This document shows, piece by piece, positions 17,475-27,317 of a stretch of DNA of 64,000 nt; within the stretch, counting starts at the first letter, position 1, and the number at the start of each line of letters is the position of its first letter. The position numbers and the translations under genes were made by a program. This stretch comes from a virus (Duplodnaviria; Caudoviricetes). The stretch lies in the IMG/VR virus record IMGVR_UViG_3300032116_022045. The stretch is one strand, 5' to 3'. Under the pieces are notes generated by a model. That model was not told where the DNA came from, ran no database searches, and saw nothing but the letters and a program-made list of their open reading frames with translations.

Positions 17475-18730
17475 TTATATCGTTTAAAAATAACTTTATC
17501 TTTATTACCATCTCTAATTATTTTATTTGCGCCTATTGATTCAATCATGTTATTTCCTTTTGGCATAGGTACATTAACTGAATAACCTCTGTTTTGCTCT
17601 TTTATTTCTTTAATATCTTCTAAAGTTATTTTATTCTTTTTTGGTTGGTCTTTAACCTCTTCTTCTTTTATTTTTTCTTCATTTTTATTTTCTTCTATTT
17701 GCTCTTCTATTTGTTCTTCTATTTGCTCTTCTATTTGTTCATTTTGTTCTACATATTCATCTTCTTCTATTTTTGTTGCATTTTCCTCTATAGTTTTTTC
17801 TACAATAGGTTCAACAATTACTTCTTTTTCATTGTTTTTTTTACTATTGATAACTTTAGTTATACTATCTAATAAATTAGCTTTATTAAATAGTTTATTA
17901 ACTTTTTTTTCTTGCTTGTTTTTAGGTTCTGTATGCTCATTTCTTTCTATTTGTAATACTTTGTTAGCAATTAATATTAAAGCAACAGCCAGAGGGTCAA
18001 AAACGAAAATAAATAGTAATATCAATATATTAACTATTTTTGACATTTCTTGATTAGTTAATTCAGATAAATATTTTAATGGACCTATTTCACCAGCTAT
18101 TTCACTATTAGCATTTAGTTCCAATGCTTTAATTGTAAAAGTATTTATTGAATCAGATAAAACATTATTTTTTTTATTTAATTCATCTATCTCATTATTT
18201 AATCTCTGTATTTCATCATTTGATGATTTAATATCATTTCTAGCGTTATTTCTACCTAAATTATTTTTAGCGTTATCTAATCTATTTTCTTGAGTTGACC
18301 TTAATGCTGATAATTGTTCAATTCTTTTATTTTTACTTTCAATAATTTTTTGATTATCATCAACACTTTTTTCAATAATAGCTTTTTTACTATCCAAAAC
18401 ATTTATTTCTCCTTGATGTATTTCAAGTTTGTTAGCTGTTTTTTGATAAGCGTTTGATAAAAACCCATAAATACCTATTGAAGTTATAGCCATTAAAACT
18501 AATATACTTATCGTTAAATAAATTTTTAATCCATTGGCTATTTTATCCCAATAATTATGTAATGCTGTTGTAGCAATAATTTTACTTATTTCTAATACAC
18601 TGGCCATTATAATAACAGCAACACTGGCACCAGCAAACAACTGACTTAATCCAAAAACAGAAAAATATGCTGCACAAGCTGCAACAACTAACGCAAAAAA
18701 TAATATTATATAACTAAATCTAATTTTCAT
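17471..18730 (-). CDS. Multi-TM membrane protein with long coiled coil (conserved in large phages)
   Basis: Three N-terminal TM helices, EISKIIAT, coiled coil, GPLKYLS, TM with VFDPLAVAL; IEEQ repeats. Confidence 0.7.
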   Translation of the reverse strand: MKIRFSYIILFFALVVAACAAYFSVFGLSQLFAGASVAVIIMASVLEISKIIATTALHNYWDKIANGLKIYLTISILVLMAITSIGIYGFLSNAYQKTANKLEIHQGEINVLDSKKAIIEKSVDDNQKIIESKNKRIEQLSALRSTQENRLDNAKNNLGRNNARNDIKSSNDEIQRLNNEIDELNKKNNVLSDSINTFTIKALELNANSEIAGEIGPLKYLSELTNQEMSKIVNILILLFIFVFDPLAVALILIANKVLQIERNEHTEPKNKQEKKVNKLFNKANLLDSITKVINSKKNNEKEVIVEPIVEKTIEENATKIEEDEYVEQNEQIEEQIEEQIEEQIEENKNEEKIKEEEVKDQPKKNKITLEDIKEIKEQNRGYSVNVPMPKGNNMIESIGANKIIRDGNKDKVIFKRYK

Positions 18731-18767
18731 AATCTTAATTATTTATAAATATATAAAACGAAAAAAA

Positions 18768-19607
18768 TTATTCATTAATTAGTGAATATAATTCACCTGA
18801 ATTGTACCTTAATTTACGTAACGAACTTTCTTTTATTTGACGTATTCTTTCTTTTGTTAGGTTATATTTTTCACCAATAGCTTCTAATGTCATACTTTCA
18901 ACATCTGGATTTAAACCAAAATAAGATATGATAATGTCTTTTTCTCTTTCATCCAAAATATTAAGAATATTCACTATACCATTTTTTATATCTGAAGTTA
19001 ATTCATATTTATCTTCTTCTTTTTCATCAATCCCTATCAAATCAATTAATTCATCATTGTTATCATTAACAAAATCATTTAATGATTTATTTTGATTATA
19101 CACTGATAAACCAAGATGTTCAGCCTCATTTGTTAATTCTTCATTTTCATAGTTAAAATTATCGTATTTTTTTAACTCTTTTAATATTTCTTTATTTAAA
19201 TTAGATAATCTGTTTATAACATTTGTTGGTAATCTTACCGTTCTAGCGTTTTCGTTTAGACTATTGATTATTGATTGTCTTACCCACCAAACAGCATAAG
19301 AAATGAATCTAAAACCCATTGTGTGGTCAAATTTCTTAGCTGCTTTTAATAAACCATAATTACCTTCATTTATTAAATCATTTATCGGTAAGCCTTGATT
19401 TTGATATTCTTTAGCTATTGTTACAACAAATTTTAAATTTGCTTCCACTAAACTTTTAACGGCATCTTCATCACCGTTTTTTATTCTTTCAGAAAGAATT
19501 ATCTCTTCTTCTTTTGTTATTACTTTACTTTTTCTTAAATCTTTAAAATATAAATTTAAATTGTTTAAAGAATCTTTTTCATAAAAAATTTGATTATTTT
19601 TTTTCAT
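18768..19607 (-). CDS. Sigma70-family RNA polymerase sigma factor (short Bacteroidota primary-sigma type)
   Basis: EANLKFVVTIAKEYQNQG, DLINEGNYGL.KAA.KFD...GFRFISYAVWWVRQSI, TLEAIGEKYNLTKERIRQI; no region 1.1. Confidence 0.92.
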   Translation of the reverse strand: MKKNNQIFYEKDSLNNLNLYFKDLRKSKVITKEEEIILSERIKNGDEDAVKSLVEANLKFVVTIAKEYQNQGLPINDLINEGNYGLLKAAKKFDHTMGFRFISYAVWWVRQSIINSLNENARTVRLPTNVINRLSNLNKEILKELKKYDNFNYENEELTNEAEHLGLSVYNQNKSLNDFVNDNNDELIDLIGIDEKEEDKYELTSDIKNGIVNILNILDEREKDIIISYFGLNPDVESMTLEAIGEKYNLTKERIRQIKESSLRKLRYNSGELYSLINE

Positions 19608-19631
19608 TAATTACATTTATTACATATTTTG

Positions 19632-20186
19632 TTATTTTGATAATAAAGTAAGCAGTCTTTTATCTAAATCGCTTAATTTATCAACACCCTTATCTATTAA
19701 TTCGTTAAATAAAGCTTCTTTCTCATCTTTTGATAAAGATGATATAAATTCGGTTATATCTATTTTATGGTTATTAAAAATTATTTTATCATTTGTTTTA
19801 TTATAACCATTTATTTCATCACCATGTTTTATTTCATGGATTTCAGGAATGTCATTAGTATCGTTTATGTCATTAATAAAATTTTTAGACATTTCATCCA
19901 AATCAATATCACCTAAAAAACTAAATAAACCATTTTCAACAGTTTTATCTTGTAAATTAAAAGAAGTAACATCCTCATTTAACTCAAAAATAAAATAATT
20001 ATTTTTACATGTTTTCAACAAATTTTTCATTTCTTTTGGTGTCATAATTGTTGAAAAAGTTGCAATATATAAACCAGTAGTGTATATATAATTAATTTTA
20101 ACCTCACTAATTTTATTTAGTTCTTCAAATGCAACTTCTTTATCAAACTTACCCAATAAAATCAAACAATAATTCTTAAATATCAT
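19632..20186 (-). CDS. Hypothetical protein
   Basis: 184 aa; TATATTTG box 4 nt before the ATG. Confidence 0.7.
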   Translation of the reverse strand: MIFKNYCLILLGKFDKEVAFEELNKISEVKINYIYTTGLYIATFSTIMTPKEMKNLLKTCKNNYFIFELNEDVTSFNLQDKTVENGLFSFLGDIDLDEMSKNFINDINDTNDIPEIHEIKHGDEINGYNKTNDKIIFNNHKIDITEFISSLSKDEKEALFNELIDKGVDKLSDLDKRLLTLLSK

Positions 20187-20190
20187 AATA

Positions 20191-20198
20191 CAAATATA
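20191..20198 (-). promoter_or_regulatory. Bacteroidota -7 element (probably leaderless transcript)
   Basis: TATATTTG-TATT-ATG; ATTG at 20-nt spacing. Confidence 0.6.
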
Positions 20199-20221
20199 CT
20201 ATTTTTTTAAAAATAAAACAA

Positions 20222-22573
20222 TTATTTAATAATAACATTAGATATGTTATTATTTTTTGTTACGGTAATAACATTATTTGCCCAATCTTTTACCATATCA
20301 TTATGCGTTATTAGAAAAACAATATCATACATTGTTTTAATTTTATCAAATAATGCTTTTAATTTTTCTATATTATCAGGAGCAACTTTACCCAATACTT
20401 CATCGAAAGTTATAAAATTAGGCATCGGTAATGTTGATACTTTTCCTAAGACACTTCTAAGAGCTAAACTTGACGCTGTTTTCTCAAACCCACTACCAGA
20501 TTTTAATAATTTTGTTGTATCATCTTTATTTATTAAAAACTGAACATCATTTTTTTCATCTATATAAATTTCTACTTCAAAATCACAAACATCTTCAAGT
20601 AATCTTTGTACTTCTGAATTTATAATTGGTAATACTGAACGTAAAACCAATTTACTGATTCCTTTTTTTCCAACCAACTCAATATAGATTTTAAAAATCT
20701 TTTCAATCTCTTCTTCTTTTTTAATCGTTTCAATTAATTTAGTTTTTGTTTGTATGTCGTTTTTATTGTTAGTTATATCAGAACTAACTCTTTCTATTCT
20801 TTTTATTAAATCGTCTTTCTCAACTTCTAAAACGTTTAAATCTGTCCTACTTTTAGTGATTAGAATTTCAACATTTTTATTATGTTGAATAGCATCTAAA
20901 TTCAGGTTGTATTTAGTCAATTCATTCTTTTTTTCAATAACCTTATTTCTTAGACCATCAATTTCAACTTCTAATCTATCTCTATCTAACTCTAATTTAT
21001 TTTTTTTATCTATTTTTACTTTAACCTCATTTAATGACTCTATTTTATTAGTTAATAGTTTTAATTCTTTTTCTATAATTAATAAATTATTTTCTTTTTC
21101 TTCTATTTCGTCATTATGTTTGTTAATGTGTGATGTATTATCAACATCATCTAATTTTCTATTACATGATTGGCAAATACCTCCAGCTATTAAATCTTTA
21201 ACAACTTTCTTTAAACGATTAATATCTGATGTGATTACAGCTTTATCTGAATTTTTTTTATTGTATTTTTTATTTAATTCATGGTATTCATCCTCATCAA
21301 AGTTTAATTCACCAATATTATCTATTTCTGTATTAATATTGGTTATTTTTTCTTTTGTTGTTTTACCTATCTTTGTTAATTCTTCTATCTTAGAATTTAA
21401 TGTTTCAGGATTTAAAGTGCTTATAGTAACATCTATCTTTTCTTTACTTGAAATATAATTTTCAATATCTCCCTTTGTTTTTTCTATTTTTACTTTTGTT
21501 TCAGTTAATTTATCATTTAACTTTACTTCAAGTTCATTAAATTGATTTATCTTTTCATTATGTTCTTCAATCTCTGTTGTTAATGTTACTATATCATAAT
21601 CATTTGATTTCTTTTTTCTTGAAAATTCATTATACATAATCCTAACAGCAGCTTCTTTCTGTTCCAATATTTCAAGACCAATTAATCTTGTTAATACTTT
21701 ACCAGATTCAGTAGTTGTTAAACCAATCATATCATCAAGATTTCTTTCTGTCGCTAATACTAGCATCTCAAAATCTTTTTCAGTACCAATAGTTTCTCTT
21801 AGTTTAATTGTTGTCCTTTTGGCATCTTCTTCATTCAACATTTTTTCTTCACCATCAGGTAAAATCTCATAATAATTAACTTTACTGACAACAGTCCATT
21901 CTCCAGTCTTTTTAGCCGTTCTCTTTAACTTTCTCTCTATTATGAACTCATGCCCATCAATCTCAATCATACCCTTAACAACGACCTCATTTTTGCCACT
22001 AAAGCTATTAAAGATTTGTTCGTTCTTATCAGTTTTTGTTGTACTACCATGTAACAAAAATTTCATACTGTCAATAGTTAATGTAGTTTTTCCACCCATA
22101 TTACTTGGAGAGGAATTAACAACAGTTAACCCATTTAACTTATTTATAGGAACATAATTATTCTCACCAAATGACAAGAAGTTATCAATCATTATCCATT
22201 TTATATTCCATTTTTTATGTTGTGTTTCAGTCAAATCAACATTTATTTCAGCATTAACTTTATCATCAAGTGCTATTATTCTATTGAAGTCAACTACTTT
22301 ACCATCTCTACTTATTAATTCCTTCATTAACACTCTTTGATAGTTAATATCCATAATATTATCTATACCAGCACCATCAACTTCAATTAACTCACCATTA
22401 TTATTAATTTTTACAGGTTTGTAAATAACCGTTACATTGTTTTTATTAACACCATATTTGTTAGCAAAATGGTTTTTTATTTTATTCTTAGCATCTTTAG
22501 AATAGTTTTCAGGTCTATCAGACCACTCTACTTTAATTTTAGAATATTTTGAAACTTCGTTTTTGTTAATCAT
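20222..22573 (-). CDS. Rad50/SbcC-like ATPase (T4 gp46-like)
   Basis: NFLSFGE, NMGGKTT Walker A, coiled coil with CQSC Zn hook, SGFEK signature, FDE Walker B, ITH. Confidence 0.92.
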   Translation of the reverse strand: MINKNEVSKYSKIKVEWSDRPENYSKDAKNKIKNHFANKYGVNKNNVTVIYKPVKINNNGELIEVDGAGIDNIMDINYQRVLMKELISRDGKVVDFNRIIALDDKVNAEINVDLTETQHKKWNIKWIMIDNFLSFGENNYVPINKLNGLTVVNSSPSNMGGKTTLTIDSMKFLLHGSTTKTDKNEQIFNSFSGKNEVVVKGMIEIDGHEFIIERKLKRTAKKTGEWTVVSKVNYYEILPDGEEKMLNEEDAKRTTIKLRETIGTEKDFEMLVLATERNLDDMIGLTTTESGKVLTRLIGLEILEQKEAAVRIMYNEFSRKKKSNDYDIVTLTTEIEEHNEKINQFNELEVKLNDKLTETKVKIEKTKGDIENYISSKEKIDVTISTLNPETLNSKIEELTKIGKTTKEKITNINTEIDNIGELNFDEDEYHELNKKYNKKNSDKAVITSDINRLKKVVKDLIAGGICQSCNRKLDDVDNTSHINKHNDEIEEKENNLLIIEKELKLLTNKIESLNEVKVKIDKKNKLELDRDRLEVEIDGLRNKVIEKKNELTKYNLNLDAIQHNKNVEILITKSRTDLNVLEVEKDDLIKRIERVSSDITNNKNDIQTKTKLIETIKKEEEIEKIFKIYIELVGKKGISKLVLRSVLPIINSEVQRLLEDVCDFEVEIYIDEKNDVQFLINKDDTTKLLKSGSGFEKTASSLALRSVLGKVSTLPMPNFITFDEVLGKVAPDNIEKLKALFDKIKTMYDIVFLITHNDMVKDWANNVITVTKNNNISNVIIK

Positions 22574-22917
22574 AACTCTCCGTATATATTTTTTTTGTTC
22601 TGTTCTAATGATTTTATTTTTTCTGATAGCTGATTATTTTTTTCTATTTGTTCAGCTAATGTGTTTTCCAAACTATTTATTTTTTCAGTTAAAGTTGATA
22701 TCTCTGAATTATCTGTTAAATATACAATTTTTTCAACTGGTACTTCAACAATTTTTTCAACAATCTTTTCTTGTATTTTTGTTGATGGTGTTGCACCAAA
22801 TTTTTCAACAGTAAACCCTTGTTTCATCAACTTTAACATAAAGTTATCTATATTTGTTATGTCATTTAACCTACAATAATCAAATATCTCATTTTTTAAA
22901 TCTTTAGGGATTTCCAT
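22570..22917 (-). CDS. Hypothetical protein with VEKIVE repeats and coiled coil
   Basis: 115 aa between the nuclease and ATPase genes. Confidence 0.7.
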   Translation of the reverse strand: MEIPKDLKNEIFDYCRLNDITNIDNFMLKLMKQGFTVEKFGATPSTKIQEKIVEKIVEVPVEKIVYLTDNSEISTLTEKINSLENTLAEQIEKNNQLSEKIKSLEQNKKNIYGEL

Positions 22918-22919
22918 TT

Positions 22920-23738
22920 CTAATTTAAATTTACTAAATTTTCAGAATTATTTTCTAAATCGTCAAGACTATTTATAGTGAATTTATAAAAAGAAAAAGG
23001 GTTGGCAACATCATGTTCAGTGTATGTTCTATTTTTAATATCCCAAAATAAAAACCCATGATTATTTATATTTTCACCAAAATCTTGTTGTATTGTACTA
23101 CCAGGCATAACTACCTTTGTGTTATTAATAGTTAAACAACTTCTTTTATGTATATCACCACACATAACAATATCACAACCATCAAAAATCTCCAACCCAT
23201 ATCCATGTTCAATCTCATAACCTATATCAGTTTTTAAACCATTTATAGGACCATGAAATAAACCTATATATGTTTTGTCATTACCAAACTCTTCTCTAGC
23301 AGATTCAATATCTGGTCTAGCGTTTTCTTCAAATATTGAATAGATGCACCAAACAATATTATTATCTAAATAACATTTACTCTCTTTAAAATAATTAATG
23401 TCTTTATCAGATAATAATTGAACAATTGGTGTTAATGAATCCATTCTGTCTTTATTATTTTCTAACATATCATGGTTCCCAGCTATCATAACAACTGTTG
23501 CTATTTCTTCTAAAGATTTAAGAAACCAAGTTGTTAATAATAATTGCTCATTTGATATTACTATCTTTTGATGTACAATATCACCAGCAACAACTATTCT
23601 AATTTCTTCTCGTTTATGACCTTCAATTACCTTTTTAATATCATTAAAGAGATTATTTAAAACGGTCTTATATTCTTCGTGATATCTATACGTTCTGATA
23701 TGTATATCACCAATGTGTATTACAAATTTTACTTCCAT
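22920..23738 (-). CDS. Mre11/SbcD-like metallophosphoesterase (T4 gp47-like)
   Basis: GDIH, AGDIVH, AGNHD, FHG, GDIHKR, PGS..QQDFGE. Confidence 0.92.
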   Translation of the reverse strand: MEVKFVIHIGDIHIRTYRYHEEYKTVLNNLFNDIKKVIEGHKREEIRIVVAGDIVHQKIVISNEQLLLTTWFLKSLEEIATVVMIAGNHDMLENNKDRMDSLTPIVQLLSDKDINYFKESKCYLDNNIVWCIYSIFEENARPDIESAREEFGNDKTYIGLFHGPINGLKTDIGYEIEHGYGLEIFDGCDIVMCGDIHKRSCLTINNTKVVMPGSTIQQDFGENINNHGFLFWDIKNRTYTEHDVANPFSFYKFTINSLDDLENNSENLVNLN

Positions 23739-23742
23739 ACTA

Positions 23743-25107
23743 TTAGTAAATTAAATATAAATTCTTTTTAGCTCTTGTTACTGAAGTATATAATAATTTA
23801 TTACGTTCTTCAATATCTTTTATTCTTAATACATCACAATAGATAACAATACTGTTTTCAAATGTACTGCCTTGTGATTTATGCACGGTTAAAGCATAAT
23901 TATATTTAGCGTCTACATATTTTTCAGCTAATTTATAATAATTAACCCATTTTAAACGTCTACTATAACTATCTTTTGTATTCATAGCTTCCTTTTTTAA
24001 GGATTGTAAAACATTATTAAAGGATAAAAAGCTATCTTCATGTAATAGTTTTATTCTATGTGTTTCACCTTCACTAATAACTTCTAAAGAATAATATTTA
24101 AAAGGAAACCCAACTGTTTCTGTATTGACTTCGTAAGATAAGACTTCAAATTCGTCATTATTATTCATTAATACTTTTTTACCTAAAACAATAGGTCTAT
24201 TAAGAACCATTTTTTCACCAATACATATTCTGTCGCAATTTTCACCATATATTGCTTGTCTAGCTTTATTATTATAATAATCAACAGCTGAATTAGTCCA
24301 AGCAAGTATTTTAATATAGTTTGGATTCTTTTTAAATTCTTCACTAGTGAAATATTCATTAATGAATGAATCCTCACCACCAAGTTTTATGTAATTGACA
24401 GAACCATTTTCGTTTATTTCATCAATAAACTCTAGTTTATTACCTTCTCTAATATTTTTAGATAACTCTATTATAGGATTACCATTTTCTTGTCTAATAA
24501 TATCACTAAGTGTATGTTTATTAGCTATTTTTTTAGTGAATAACACAAAGTCACCACCGTTTACTGGTGGAATCTGTTTTTCATCACCAATGAATAATAA
24601 CGGTATTGAATGACCTTTAGCTGTTTTAACTAATTTTTTATATAAATCATTGTCTAACATTGATGATTCATCAACAATTATTAATGAATAATCCTCAGCC
24701 TTTGACCCTAAAAAATCTGAAACATATGATTCACTACCATCACTATTTATTTCACGTTTAAGACCTAATAATGAATGTAATGTATAAAATTGAATACTTT
24801 CATTATCTTGGTTTAAATTATTTAATACTTTTAATACTTTAACAGCTTTATGTGTTGTTGCGGTTACTGCAACTGATGCTGTTTTATTATCGTATAAAAA
24901 TTTATTTATTATTTTACCAACCAAAAAAGTTTTACCAGTACCAGCATACCCAGTTAAAACATGTTCAGAAAAAACATCAAGTTCTATTTTACTTAATTTG
25001 TTATATATCTCAAGTTGTTTCTCAGTTAACATTGATATGTCTGGCATACCACCATTAAAAAATGGTCTCTTCTTAGCTTTTTTAATAAAGTTATTTTTCT
25101 TTGTCAT
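23743..25107 (-). CDS. SF1B helicase (Dda/RecD-like)
   Basis: GYAGTGKT, VDESSM, GDEKQIPPV, IIRQ, YALTVHKSQGSTF, YTSVTRAK. Confidence 0.92.
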   Translation of the reverse strand: MTKKNNFIKKAKKRPFFNGGMPDISMLTEKQLEIYNKLSKIELDVFSEHVLTGYAGTGKTFLVGKIINKFLYDNKTASVAVTATTHKAVKVLKVLNNLNQDNESIQFYTLHSLLGLKREINSDGSESYVSDFLGSKAEDYSLIIVDESSMLDNDLYKKLVKTAKGHSIPLLFIGDEKQIPPVNGGDFVLFTKKIANKHTLSDIIRQENGNPIIELSKNIREGNKLEFIDEINENGSVNYIKLGGEDSFINEYFTSEEFKKNPNYIKILAWTNSAVDYYNNKARQAIYGENCDRICIGEKMVLNRPIVLGKKVLMNNNDEFEVLSYEVNTETVGFPFKYYSLEVISEGETHRIKLLHEDSFLSFNNVLQSLKKEAMNTKDSYSRRLKWVNYYKLAEKYVDAKYNYALTVHKSQGSTFENSIVIYCDVLRIKDIEERNKLLYTSVTRAKKNLYLIY

Positions 25108-25113
25108 TTTAAA

Positions 25114-25899
25114 TTATATTCCGTTAATTACATTATAATGATGCATTTCTATTAATTTTTTTGCTTCGTTTTTCATATACATTATTTGTATTTTACTGAA
25201 TTTTTCAGCAACTTTATCCCAATACAAAACATATATCTGTCTACATTTTCTTTTAGGGAACTCAAGTTCATACATGTATGCATAAACACTTAATTGTAAT
25301 GTATAAATTGACCATTGACATGCTTGAAGATAATCGAATGGTTTTTTTAATGTCTCATACCCATAAGGATTATAGAAATTAAAAACTCTATTAGTTTTAA
25401 AATCAGCTACATCAAAAAAAACAGAATCAATATCAATAATCAAATCTGATGTTCCAGCCAACTCATATTGTTCAGCAAAAAGAATTCTTTCTGGCCACAT
25501 TGCTTCACCTTCATCTATTTTAAGCTCGTTAAAACCATCAATAACTTTTTGTTCAAATAACCCTTCGTCAGTATTTGGTGGAAAATACCATTTATTAGCT
25601 AATAAATAATCTTCTAATATATTATGTACTTTTGTACCATATTCGTTGGCTTCATCATTAAGTTGTTGCCAATAATCTAATATCTGTTGCTGTGTCATAC
25701 CAATGTAAACTTCTTGTTTAACATTGTCTTTTTGGTTAAAAATTGCTAATGACACATCTTCAGCATTAAAATGTGGTTCTATAGAACTTAGAGTTGTTGT
25801 TACAGATTTATACCGCTTACCAGTTTCTTTATGATAATATTTGTGTTCAATTGGTTCTAAATAAACCAAACATTTATCCCATTTTTTAATTTTTCCCAT
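25114..25899 (-). CDS. PD-(D/E)XK exonuclease; start revised to ATG 25899
   Basis: SVTT, GTKVH, PERIL, AGTSDL, DFKT, QLSVYAYM; the longer ORF start lies inside the promoter. Confidence 0.85.
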   Translation of the reverse strand: MGKIKKWDKCLVYLEPIEHKYYHKETGKRYKSVTTTLSSIEPHFNAEDVSLAIFNQKDNVKQEVYIGMTQQQILDYWQQLNDEANEYGTKVHNILEDYLLANKWYFPPNTDEGLFEQKVIDGFNELKIDEGEAMWPERILFAEQYELAGTSDLIIDIDSVFFDVADFKTNRVFNFYNPYGYETLKKPFDYLQACQWSIYTLQLSVYAYMYELEFPKRKCRQIYVLYWDKVAEKFSKIQIMYMKNEAKKLIEMHHYNVINGI

Positions 25900-25903
25900 A
25901 TTA

Positions 25904-26027
25904 ACAAATATACTATTAATAATCGAATTAAACAAAAAAATGTTTTAGTTGCGTGATATTTTTATCCTAAAATATTGTTGTAATTAAATATACATCAATT
26001 AGTTATAAAGATGTATTGCGCATAACC
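25904..26027. repeat. 124-bp dispersed repeat, copy 2, containing a TTTG-N20-TATATTTG promoter (25905-25936)
   Basis: 112/124 identical to 2428..2551. Confidence 0.95.
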
Positions 26028-26040
26028 GTTAGCACCAATA

Positions 26041-26310
26041 CTACTTTTCATCTTCGTAGATTGGTATAAAGTTTTCTGGATTATACCCAACAATTTTTCT
26101 ATGTTTATTATCCTCTATATATTTTTCTTCCTTTAAATGTTGTTCTTCAAACTCTTGGTTTAGTTTAAGTAATTCTTTTTTCATTTCTTGTGGTAAAGAA
26201 TCACTATCCAACATTTCTTGTCTAATTTGTTCGTGTTTTTGGGCTAATTTAAACCCATCTTCAATCATTTTGTTAATATCTTTTTCCATAATTTTTTTCA
26301 AATCTTTCAT
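26041..26310 (-). CDS. Hypothetical protein (cassette-like insertion)
   Basis: 89 aa between primase and exonuclease; ends in TAG; ATATTTAT at 26326-26333. Confidence 0.65.
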   Translation of the reverse strand: MKDLKKIMEKDINKMIEDGFKLAQKHEQIRQEMLDSDSLPQEMKKELLKLNQEFEEQHLKEEKYIEDNKHRKIVGYNPENFIPIYEDEK

Positions 26311-26344
26311 TATTTTATTTTATACATAAATATATAAAAAAAAG

Positions 26345-27295
26345 TTAAATCTCAAATTCAGATAATTTAGTAGCGGTCATTAATAATTTTACAATACCTT
26401 TATTACCTAATAATTCATATATTTTACTTGGGTCATATTCGTCAGGACATTTTACTATCTTAATCCTACCATATAAATCACCAAAATTTAATTTTCGGTA
26501 TATTTCTTTCGCATCATTATATGCGTCACCATCAAAAACTACAATAATATCACCACAAGCCTTATCATGTAACAAGTGTAACAAATTGTCAGATACATGT
26601 TTACCTAATAAAGGAACTGAATTTGGAACTACTATGTGGTCAAAAACACCTTCAACCAAATATATATTTGAATCAAAATTCAATTTGGCTTCATTGAATA
26701 TTATTTCACTTTTCTCTGCGTCTGGATTTAAATATTTTAATTTAGTGTAGTTATTATGATACCATCTACCTATAAAATAATTTACATTATTAAATTGGTT
26801 ATATGATGGTATAATAATACGATTTTTGTAATTTCCTTCTGTCGCATAACCAATATTATATTTCTCAATGATTTCTTCAGTTATGCCTCGTTTTTTTAAG
26901 TATTTTATTGCGATATTATAATCAATATCTTTTTTAACAACACCTGAAAGTTTTTTGTATTCTTTTGGTAATGAAACTGTTATCTTTTTTTCTTTATCTT
27001 CAACGTCATTAAATTCAAAATTTAAAAAACTAAATTCATCTAATAATCGTCTATTACCATATCTTTTTATTAAAGTAGGTATTTTACCATGCATATTGTT
27101 GGTGTCTTGACAGGCCCAACATTTAAATACACCAAATTTGTAATTTATTTCTAAATTACCTTTACCATCACCGTTATCAAGTCCTTTATCTTCCGAACAA
27201 GCAGGGCAATCAAAAGATATTTGGTGATTATCTTCGTTATGTTTTCTATAATCACCTAAAAATTTTTCAAGTATGTTGATTAGATATTCATTCAC
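26345..27295 (-). CDS. DNA primase (Zn finger + TOPRIM, T4 gp61-like)
   Basis: CPAC...CWAC, YLKKRG, RIIIPSY, KYLNP, LVEGVFD, DGD; GTG start. Confidence 0.9.
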   Translation of the reverse strand: MNEYLINILEKFLGDYRKHNEDNHQISFDCPACSEDKGLDNGDGKGNLEINYKFGVFKCWACQDTNNMHGKIPTLIKRYGNRRLLDEFSFLNFEFNDVEDKEKKITVSLPKEYKKLSGVVKKDIDYNIAIKYLKKRGITEEIIEKYNIGYATEGNYKNRIIIPSYNQFNNVNYFIGRWYHNNYTKLKYLNPDAEKSEIIFNEAKLNFDSNIYLVEGVFDHIVVPNSVPLLGKHVSDNLLHLLHDKACGDIIVVFDGDAYNDAKEIYRKLNFGDLYGRIKIVKCPDEYDPSKIYELLGNKGIVKLLMTATKLSEFEI

Positions 27296-27317
27296 AAAAA
27301 CAAATATACTAATTTTA

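Noticed and set aside
25114-25899. Exonuclease as Cas4 (CRISPR adaptation)
   Set aside because: Lacks the four-Cys Fe-S cluster pattern and sits in a replication/recombination operon.
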